In this document: positions 56,667 through 64,000 of the stretch, piece after piece
Position numbering within the stretch: the first letter of the stretch is position 1
Layout: the number at the start of each line of letters is the position of its first letter
DNA from: Clostridia bacterium
GTDB taxonomy: Bacteria > Bacillota > Clostridia > Christensenellales > CAG-138
NCBI GenBank assembly: GCA_017525875.1
Contig: JAFXSG010000001.1
Location: forward strand, 77,699 to 141,698
DNA: 64,000 nucleotides
Direction: 5' to 3'
Notes under the pieces: generated by a model
Database searches by the model: none
What the model was told of the DNA's origin: nothing
What the model saw: only the letters and a program-made list of their open reading frames with translations
Position numbers and translations under genes: made by a program

Positions 56667-59621
56667 ATGAGCAAAATTAGTGAAGAAACCACAAAAGGTT
56701 TAGTCGCAGATAAACTGAAAAACACTTTGGGATATCCGACTTCACAAAATGTGACAGTTTCCGGAATCACATGGTTTAAGGAAGATAGTTATAAGGGGAC
56801 AAGCTATAACTGGCTGGATAGTGTGTTTTCAAAAGCCACGAAGAAACAGACTCTTCAAAGCAAAGGCACCCCTGACTTCATTGTAACTAAAGAAGACTCA
56901 AGTGTAATTGTTGTTATAGAGTGCAAGGGAGACATTACCCATCATTCGAGTCTATCTGATTCTAATGCATTTAAGTATTCTGGATATGGAACTCCTGCAG
57001 AAACAGAAGCCTATGCTATTAACGGGGCCTTATGGTATGCAACGTTTTTAAATGACAGATATGATGTTATTGCAGTAGGGGTTTCCGGACAGATTGAGGT
57101 AGCATGTAGAGTTACATCTTTCGTTTTGCCACGCGGTGGGAAAATCGAAGACATTGAGCTGCTGGAAGATGATTATCTCTCTGGCGCACTCGTATCTATT
57201 TCGCAATACGAAAAAGATGTGGATGTAGTATTAGATCGATTTGCAGGAACAGAAGCAGCGATAAAGAAGGAACTAAGACGCTATACATTAACATGTGCGA
57301 ATTTCTTGCGTTCAAATGGTATTGAAGATAATTCAAAAGCTGGGTTTATCTCGGCTGTTATCCTTGGATTAACGAATCACGAATCAAAACTATATAAGGA
57401 TACAAAAGCGGCTATTGATGCCAAAAGAGCCTCAAAGAGTAAAAAACTGTTGTCTGATCCCCTCGGAAGGAATGCGGTCAAACTGCTTAAGGCATCACTC
57501 TATGGCGACGGAAATGAATATGACGAAGACTTTATTAAGGGAATATGGGACATTGACAGAATTCCCCGTGGCAAAAGAACTTCATTAAAAAAGTTTTATG
57601 ACAATCTTTTGTCAAAGGATGAACTATTGCATGCTCCAAAAGGCGATTATAAAGACTTTCCTGACGGCGTAACGGTCTTGTCTCGTTGCGTGTTTTCTCT
57701 ATACGAAAATGTAATCGAAGTTTTGGAGAAATACACAGGAATCGATGTTATGGGAGAATTCTACACAACATTTTTGCGCTTTACTAAAGGAAACGCAAAA
57801 GAGAAAGGGATTGTTTTAACTCCCAAACACATTACTGAGTTGTTCTGTGATATTGCCGAGTATTATTCTGACACAAAGTTTAATGAAAATACAAAAGTCA
57901 TTGATATATGCTGTGGAACGGGTGCGTTCCTTATTGCTGCACTTGCTCGCATGAAGAAAAACATATCTGGGCTGAAAATTAGTGAAGGCGCTAAGGCAGC
58001 AAAATATGAAGTGGCACAGAAAAGCAGCTTGATCGGTGTGGAAAAAGATCCGTCTATGTACGCCTTAGCATATGCCAATATGCGGTTTCATGGAGACGGA
58101 AAAGCCAATCTATTTAACTGCTCGTCACTTCTGATTGATTCTTATGCACCTGTTGATGATAGTGGGAAGACATATTTAGAGGATACTAAAGTGCCCCTGC
58201 ACGAGGCCTTAAAGAGCTTTGGCGATATAGATATTGCTATGATTAATCCGCCATACTCTCTAGATAAAAAAGATAACTCAGCTTCTCGTGAGTATCCAAT
58301 AATCCAGAAGAAAACGGAATTAGAAGACAAATTAAAAAGACTTAAGCAACTTCAAAGAGCATTGAAAAAGAAGGATCAAACGGAAGCTACACAGCAGGAA
58401 CTGATGAGGCTGGAGAAAGACATCCGGCTCATAGAAGCGGCGATAGTTAAACAGGACAACGAATTGGATGATAGTGGTTTCCGTGAAATCGTCATTTCAA
58501 AAGGACAAGATGAGCTGGATTTTGTTGCTTCGATGCTCCATTATCTCAAAAAGGGTGGCATTGGTATAGCTATTGTACCTATGTCATGTGCTGGGAGCAG
58601 TGGCACCTCGTTAAGAACATCTTTGTTAGAGCACCATACTTTACTAGCATGCATGACTATGCCCAGCAATCTTTTCTTTGATAGCCATGTAGGAGCAAAT
58701 ACATGCATCATGGTATTTAAAGCCCACGTACCGCACGATGAACAAAAATCAGTCTTTTTTGGTGTTTGGAATGATGATGGGTTTTCGGTTATACCGCATA
58801 ATGGACGGAAGGATACCGGAAAATGGTCTGCCATTCGTCAAGGGTGGATTGATCAACTTGATGGAATAGCTGAGCCAAACGAGACAATGTGGCTAAAGCA
58901 CAAAATGAACAGTAACGGCGAAGCACTTCCCGAAGCATATGTCAAAACTGACAACAAGAAAATAACGGAAGAACTATTCAAAAATGTAGTTCGCAATTAT
59001 GCATTATATAAGTATATGGATTCAAAATCAGCGTTAGATATAAAAGATTCGCAGAAAATGCTTTGGCTACTTGATAACTATACTGATTTTGAAAAACGGT
59101 ATTCTCCATCATTAATTGAAAAACAACTTGCCTTAACAGATAGGCCGTGGTCAGTATTTAAGTTTCAACGCATTATTGATGATATTCATAATGGAAAGTC
59201 TTATAATAACGTAGATCTAGTTGCGGCTGACATCGACGATTATATCCTATATATTACTCGTACAGAGCAAAACAATGGAGTATCGATGTGTGTCCAGGCA
59301 ATGGATTACTCCGGATTAGAGAAGGCAAATGCCATTACGATTGGCGATACTACTGCCACCATTTTCTTTCAAGATCATGATTTTCTTACTGGTCCACACA
59401 TGATAGTTGTTCGAGCCAATTGGATAAATGTGTATTCTGCCCTTTTCGTAATCACGCTACTAAATCAGGAAAAGTATAGATACCCTGTTTTTGGACGTGC
59501 ATTCACCAAGGACCTAATCGCTGAAACACAACTTTATTTGCCTGTCGACGCAGATGGGCATCCAGATTATGCATTTATGGAGGAATACATTAAGTCATTA
59601 CCTTTCAGCGTAAGAATTTGA
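56667..59621 (+). CDS. Fused restriction-modification enzyme (endonuclease + N6-adenine MTase + TRD; type IIG/BcgI-like)
   Basis: GTPDFIV..IECK nuclease motif, GEFY..LTPKHI, DICCGTGAFL (motif I), NPPY (motif IV) and a C-terminal S-subunit-like region; AT-rich. Confidence 0.85.
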   Translation: MSKISEETTKGLVADKLKNTLGYPTSQNVTVSGITWFKEDSYKGTSYNWLDSVFSKATKKQTLQSKGTPDFIVTKEDSSVIVVIECKGDITHHSSLSDSNAFKYSGYGTPAETEAYAINGALWYATFLNDRYDVIAVGVSGQIEVACRVTSFVLPRGGKIEDIELLEDDYLSGALVSISQYEKDVDVVLDRFAGTEAAIKKELRRYTLTCANFLRSNGIEDNSKAGFISAVILGLTNHESKLYKDTKAAIDAKRASKSKKLLSDPLGRNAVKLLKASLYGDGNEYDEDFIKGIWDIDRIPRGKRTSLKKFYDNLLSKDELLHAPKGDYKDFPDGVTVLSRCVFSLYENVIEVLEKYTGIDVMGEFYTTFLRFTKGNAKEKGIVLTPKHITELFCDIAEYYSDTKFNENTKVIDICCGTGAFLIAALARMKKNISGLKISEGAKAAKYEVAQKSSLIGVEKDPSMYALAYANMRFHGDGKANLFNCSSLLIDSYAPVDDSGKTYLEDTKVPLHEALKSFGDIDIAMINPPYSLDKKDNSASREYPIIQKKTELEDKLKRLKQLQRALKKKDQTEATQQELMRLEKDIRLIEAAIVKQDNELDDSGFREIVISKGQDELDFVASMLHYLKKGGIGIAIVPMSCAGSSGTSLRTSLLEHHTLLACMTMPSNLFFDSHVGANTCIMVFKAHVPHDEQKSVFFGVWNDDGFSVIPHNGRKDTGKWSAIRQGWIDQLDGIAEPNETMWLKHKMNSNGEALPEAYVKTDNKKITEELFKNVVRNYALYKYMDSKSALDIKDSQKMLWLLDNYTDFEKRYSPSLIEKQLALTDRPWSVFKFQRIIDDIHNGKSYNNVDLVAADIDDYILYITRTEQNNGVSMCVQAMDYSGLEKANAITIGDTTATIFFQDHDFLTGPHMIVVRANWINVYSALFVITLLNQEKYRYPVFGRAFTKDLIAETQLYLPVDADGHPDYAFMEEYIKSLPFSVRI

Positions 59622-59652
59622 GAAAGAAGCAAATCAGGAAGGGACTCAGATT

Positions 59653-60729
59653 ATGAACAATACCAAACTCCAATCTGCCATATCAGCGTTCGTCAAAAAC
59701 AAAAAGGCCAACGCTGCCTACTATGATGATAACTGGACCGAACGCAAAGAACGCAAAGCCTATTATCAGTCGTTTACGCGGGACAAGCTCCTTGCTATGA
59801 CCGAGGAGGACTTCTTCGAGTACATGAGCAGGCTTTGGTCCATGGTCATGTGGGGCAACAAACGTTTTGTTGTGGACAAGCTGATTGCCGACAACGGCTT
59901 TGAAGCGCTGAAAAAGCATCTCGCGGAATTGCTGTATGGTTCGGCTTCGTTTGAAAAGCGGTGGAATACCTTCTTGAAAGAAGTGAAGGGCATGGGGCCG
60001 TCCACGATCAGCGAGCTTCTTACCTATACCAACCCGAACGAATACATCCTTTTCAACAAGACGACGATCCTCTGCTATACATACCTCGATATTCCGGATA
60101 TGCCCAAATACAACTATCAGTACACGGGGAAGAAGTATCTGGAGGCTTGTGCGATCGCGAAGGATATTTCGGCTGCGCTCAAGGCTGCCGGGGTGGATGA
60201 CTGCGATCTGCTGGCGGTCGATTACTTCCTGTGGGATGAGGTTCTGCCGCTTGCCGAAAAGAAGGAACCCGGAGATCAGGTCCCCGTGACCGGCACGCCG
60301 AAAACAGCCAGTGATTCCAAATCGCTGCACGAAGAGATAAAGGAAAAACTCGTTGCCATAGGTGAGCTGCTGGGGTTTGAAAGCCGATCAGAGGTGAAGA
60401 TCACCACCGGTGCGGTCGTCGATGCCGTCTGGGAAGCAAAGATAGGCAATATGGGAAAGGCGATATATGTGTTTGAAGTCCAGTCCAAGGGCTCCATCGA
60501 CAGCCTGATTCTGAATCTCAAAAAGGCACAGAGCAACGCCGCCGTTCAGGCCGTTGTCGCCGTGGCAGACGAAGAACAGCTTGCGAAGATCATTCGCGAG
60601 AGCGCCGGCGTCATCGACGAGAAATCCCTTCGCACATGGAATAGCGAAGACGTCCTCGCCGTTTATGACGCCCTGGTGCGCGCACATGAGTCGATCAATA
60701 AACTGGCACTTGTGCCGGAGAGTTTTTAA
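59653..60729 (+). CDS. Hypothetical protein with a putative C-terminal PD-(D/E)XK nuclease domain
   Basis: HEEIKEKL..G..LGF, VDAVW..VFEVQ motifs; N-terminal KGMGPSTISELL HhH-like segment. Confidence 0.55.
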   Translation: MNNTKLQSAISAFVKNKKANAAYYDDNWTERKERKAYYQSFTRDKLLAMTEEDFFEYMSRLWSMVMWGNKRFVVDKLIADNGFEALKKHLAELLYGSASFEKRWNTFLKEVKGMGPSTISELLTYTNPNEYILFNKTTILCYTYLDIPDMPKYNYQYTGKKYLEACAIAKDISAALKAAGVDDCDLLAVDYFLWDEVLPLAEKKEPGDQVPVTGTPKTASDSKSLHEEIKEKLVAIGELLGFESRSEVKITTGAVVDAVWEAKIGNMGKAIYVFEVQSKGSIDSLILNLKKAQSNAAVQAVVAVADEEQLAKIIRESAGVIDEKSLRTWNSEDVLAVYDALVRAHESINKLALVPESF

Positions 60730-60757
60730 TAGTATTCTCAATTGGAAAAGAAGACAT

Positions 60758-61711
60758 ATGAGCAGCTTATTCATCGCAGGAAATGGGTTTGATATAGCAC
60801 ATGGTATTCCTTCAAAATATAGCGATTTTAGAGCACGTTTAATTGATGCATATCCCGAAGCGCTTAAGCTGCGAGACGAAAAAGTGTTTTTAGAAGACTT
60901 CAATGATATTGATCCTTATGAGTTTGCTGCGGAAATCTTGTTAAATACAATGGATAAAGCTGCAGGAGAAAACTGGTGGAATTTTGAAGAAGCATTGGCT
61001 TATGTTAGCTTCGACAACAAATTGCCAAGGCCCAATCACAAAGAAAACGAAACAGAAGACGAAGACCGAGAGCTAATGACCCATTACCTTCTTTACATGG
61101 ATAAGCTCACCAATGGTTTTATTAACTGCTCAAAGATATGGCAAGTTTTTTTTCGCCTTTGGATTAAAGAACTGCAAAGACGCATCGATAATAACGAATT
61201 CAGAAAGAGAGATGCATTAAACACTATTATTTCTGACAATGATATTCAGTTCTTAACCTTCAACTATACAAAAACCCTGCAAAAGCTTTATGGAGTGAAA
61301 AAAGTTATTCATATTCATAATCGAGTGGGGCAGAACTTGATTTTTGGTCATGGAAAAGAGAACGCAATGTATTCTCCGCTTGTTGACAGTATAGAAGATG
61401 GACCTTGCATCGGTTCTTCCTTCCTTGACGATATGATAATGTCGTTTAAAAAAGATACCTCATCAGCACTAAATAAATACTATGATTTCTTTAAAAAGCT
61501 TAATGATAATGTTGACAACGTCTATTCGTATGGATTTGGTTACGGAAGTGTTGACAGTGTATATATAAAGAGAATTCTGAAGATGATTTCACCTGATGCC
61601 ACTTGGTTCTTTACAAAATATGAATCGCTAGATGCAAGAGCGCTGAAAATAAAAAAGATCAAGCTGAGACGGTATGGCTTTAAGGGCAAATTTGACTTGT
61701 TCGAGGGATAA
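60758..61711 (+). CDS. AbiH-family (SIR2-like) abortive infection protein
   Basis: LFIAGNGFDIAHG..SKYSDF, TFNYT, HIH, IFGHG and YGFGYGSVD motifs. Confidence 0.85.
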   Translation: MSSLFIAGNGFDIAHGIPSKYSDFRARLIDAYPEALKLRDEKVFLEDFNDIDPYEFAAEILLNTMDKAAGENWWNFEEALAYVSFDNKLPRPNHKENETEDEDRELMTHYLLYMDKLTNGFINCSKIWQVFFRLWIKELQRRIDNNEFRKRDALNTIISDNDIQFLTFNYTKTLQKLYGVKKVIHIHNRVGQNLIFGHGKENAMYSPLVDSIEDGPCIGSSFLDDMIMSFKKDTSSALNKYYDFFKKLNDNVDNVYSYGFGYGSVDSVYIKRILKMISPDATWFFTKYESLDARALKIKKIKLRRYGFKGKFDLFEG

Positions 61712-61874
61712 TAATAGTTTTACAGTAAAGATAATCGCCGATAGGAATCTTTGAGATGTTGTGTCTTTTGTTAACTATTTCTGCGATCAATTGCCTGTTG
61801 AGACATCACTAATAACCTGCACTATTCACAGTGTTGCAATGCCAAAGTGATAATAGAGAGCAAGACTACAATAA

Positions 61875-63377
61875 TCACGACCAGAGCTTCGATCGCTTTA
61901 CTGGTTTAAGTACTGCACACATAGCTACACTTATCGGCGATTTGCCTGCTTTGATCTTGCAAGCAGGCAAATAAATCTTCTCTGCTTTAAATGTGTAGTT
62001 GTGGATCTTTAGTGTGGGTATACTAATATTACCGCTTTCAACTAGTTCAGGAGTATCAATAATAAGGTCTTCTTCCAAATCTATATCCGGAATAATACGA
62101 TGGCAATTGGGAAGCATAGCAATACCTCTGTAAACATAATCTACATTGGTATATAAATCCATGGTTTTCTCCGGATCAACTGGGCCAAGATTGAATTCAA
62201 TATTATAGTGTTCTTCTATTAGCTTCATTTTCGTAAGACCATTAATCCAGAAATCGGTCTCTAATTGAAGCTGCGGGTTGCCTTTTAAGTATTTTTTAAT
62301 GGGGAAAACGGTCTTTTGTGGGTTGTGTTCAGCATCAACATAACTGATGGTTATAGTTTCCGCATCATGGATCCTTTTCATGCGTTCGAAATTGTTAAGT
62401 CGTGCGGAAACAGAATGATCCATAATATGGTATGGCAATAATGCTGCCTGAATAGTGGAGCGTTTGTAGAGCAAATCCAAAGCTAATGAAGAGTTATTAA
62501 ATACAATTCTCTTGTACTCATTGTATCGGTATATACTGACCATGCCGCTCATAAAAGGGAATATGGTGTTATCTATGTATAGGGTGGCTTGGTATTCGCC
62601 TTGTGGATTACTTAATAAGCTCTTGCTCGCTTTTTTATCAAATTGACCAGGCAGTAAAGGCCCTACTTTACTAAAATACTGATCAAGCACTTGCCGTTTA
62701 GATAATTTGCGCGCCGATTTACCCAGAATCTTTTTCATATCGTTAATCATTGCATCAGGCACTAGCTCGCTATAATCGAAAAACGCAGTATTGCAGGTAT
62801 CCGTGGCTTTTGATTTATTAATTATTTCATCCACTTTCGCTTCCGCTTGCTTTGCATACTGCTTTTTTAATTCAAGCGTACTTTGATACGAAAATACGGA
62901 TAATTCACCCATTTGTGGTAATGAATTAACATCACAGTTTACAATGGTGGTATCACTGCGCGAATGATTATAAATGCGTCCAAGTATCTTTTTTCCGTCA
63001 GATATTAAGTATGCTGTAGCTTTGCTAAATATCGTATAATACTCTGGTTGGCTAAATACGTCAGGCATTTCGCCCTCTTTCTTAGCTTCAAACACTAGCA
63101 AGCTATGATCATGAACCCATTGTATGTCCTTATCAGTTTTACCGCGATGCACAGCGAAGTTTTTATCATCAAATAAAAGAAAGTCAATATTTCTCGTCGG
63201 CATACGTTTATCGGAATCATATGGGTAAATGGGGAATTCCTCAGCCCTGTTTTCGATAGGATACCCAAGCCATTCAATTAATGGAACAATAAACTTTGAT
63301 CTTACTTCGGCTTCGGACTGTGTAATTGAGCAATTGTATTGATTAATTAGGTCTTCAAGTTTATTATAATCAAGCAT
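61875..63377 (-). CDS. HsdR-N-like restriction endonuclease domain fused to an unknown C-terminus
   Basis: SEAEVRSKFIVPLIEWLGY, IDFLL, FEAKK and ISDG motifs; no helicase motifs seen. Confidence 0.7.
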   Translation of the reverse strand: MLDYNKLEDLINQYNCSITQSEAEVRSKFIVPLIEWLGYPIENRAEEFPIYPYDSDKRMPTRNIDFLLFDDKNFAVHRGKTDKDIQWVHDHSLLVFEAKKEGEMPDVFSQPEYYTIFSKATAYLISDGKKILGRIYNHSRSDTTIVNCDVNSLPQMGELSVFSYQSTLELKKQYAKQAEAKVDEIINKSKATDTCNTAFFDYSELVPDAMINDMKKILGKSARKLSKRQVLDQYFSKVGPLLPGQFDKKASKSLLSNPQGEYQATLYIDNTIFPFMSGMVSIYRYNEYKRIVFNNSSLALDLLYKRSTIQAALLPYHIMDHSVSARLNNFERMKRIHDAETITISYVDAEHNPQKTVFPIKKYLKGNPQLQLETDFWINGLTKMKLIEEHYNIEFNLGPVDPEKTMDLYTNVDYVYRGIAMLPNCHRIIPDIDLEEDLIIDTPELVESGNISIPTLKIHNYTFKAEKIYLPACKIKAGKSPISVAMCAVLKPVKRSKLWS

Positions 63378-63420
63378 TTTCAGCCCCCAATCTCTTCTTG
63401 CAACCTGCCAGAAAAAACTA

Positions 63421-63648
63421 TTAAATAGCACCGTACTTGTTGTGATTGATTCTGCCTACCAAATAATCCAGCGACACTCCATAAAGATCCGCAATACGGA
63501 TCAGGATCTCCAGTTTGGGTTCTCGCGTCATAAGTTCATAGTTTTGATAGGCCTTCTCGGTTATGTCGCAATATACTGCGACCTGCATCTGAGTAAGGCC
63601 CTTTTCTTTTCTGCACGTCTTAAGGCGCTCGGCTAAGATCTCTCGCAT
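63421..63648 (-). CDS. Xre-family HTH regulator
   Basis: RKEKGLTQ..YQNYE..REP..IADLYGVSLDYLVG. Confidence 0.9.
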   Translation of the reverse strand: MREILAERLKTCRKEKGLTQMQVAVYCDITEKAYQNYELMTREPKLEILIRIADLYGVSLDYLVGRINHNKYGAI

Positions 63649-63665
63649 AAATACACCACCTGCGT

Positions 63666-63726
63666 TTGTTCTTGACAGAACAATTGTAGGTGATTATCAT
63701 TGGCTATATACCAACGAATGTTGGTA
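63666..63726 (+). promoter_or_regulatory. Promoter with two inverted-repeat operators
   Basis: TTGACA(63672)-17-TATCAT(63695); IRs TTGTTCT-tgac-AGAACAA over the -35 and TACCAAC-gaat-GTTGGTA (63709-63726). Confidence 0.7.
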
Positions 63727-63745
63727 CAAGAAGGAGAGAACGATT

Positions 63746-64000
63746 ATGATCGTAACTTTTTGCGGACACAGGGAAGTGCATGAGCCGGAAATGGTCAAAG
63801 CGTGGCTGGAAGAGGTCGTTGAAGGGCTGATCCACAAAGGAGCCGTCACCTTTTATCTAGGCGGGTATGGGCAATTTGATATGCTGGCAGCGGCAGTCGT
63901 GCGCGAGAAAAAGGAGCGGTATCCGCAGATCCGCTCCGTGTTGGTGTTGCCGTATTTGGATAGGAATTATGATGCTTCCGCTTATGATGAAACGCTCTAT
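63746..64000 (+). CDS. DUF1273/YpsA SLOG-like protein (partial)
   Basis: MIVTFCGHR..FYLGGYGQFD..LVLPY after RBS AAGGAG; runs off the window. Confidence 0.75.
   Translation, partial: MIVTFCGHREVHEPEMVKAWLEEVVEGLIHKGAVTFYLGGYGQFDMLAAAVVREKKERYPQIRSVLVLPYLDRNYDASAYDETLY

Larger units (their letters stand above)
46233..64000. mobile_element. Integrative mobilizable element (boundaries approximate; right end probably outside the window)
   Basis: Serine recombinase, relaxase/MobC/oriT-like site, partition genes and defence cargo; no T4SS or phage structural genes seen. Confidence 0.8.

Noticed and set aside
46233-64000. Prophage or self-transmissible ICE
   Set aside because: No terminase, capsid, tail or lysis genes, and no VirB4/VirD4 in the window.

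Overview
The window looks like DNA from a GC-rich Firmicute (Clostridia-like, inferred from gene content) and has four blocks. (1) 1-8.1 kb is housekeeping-type: a minus-strand Mrp/Mnh cation:H+ antiporter operon (E-F-G-B'-B-C-D, running off the left edge), a PI-PLC, a LUD-domain protein and an ECF sigma/anti-sigma pair. (2) 8.2-20.8 kb holds a minus-strand operon: 2464-aa secreted repeat protein, 105-aa precursor-like peptide, HPr-kinase-like kinase, PqqD/RRE, small anchored acidic protein and nucleotidyltransferase. It is divergent from an ABC exporter and resembles a RiPP modification cassette without a cyclase or peptidase. (3) 20.9-45 kb is a surface-polysaccharide locus with two tandem Wzc-like tyrosine kinases carrying very long YG tails, an EpsG/Wzy polymerase, TagD/LicD, many glycosyltransferases, Wzm/Wzt and an unusual aldolase/CMP-transferase/KdsC-like module. 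(4) About 45.3-64 kb is an integrative mobilizable element with a large serine recombinase, frameshifted ParB, relaxase/MobC/oriT and ParM/ParR. Where a replication gene might be expected, it has a 1019-aa single-subunit RdRP/YonO-like polymerase (DYDGD) coupled to an unknown gene, followed by AT-rich defence cargo (fused R-M enzyme, nucleases, AbiH). The best candidates for undescribed systems are the polymerase-carrying element and the RRE-kinase-nucleotidyltransferase cassette beside the polysaccharide locus. All family calls come from motif recognition by eye; no searches were run.
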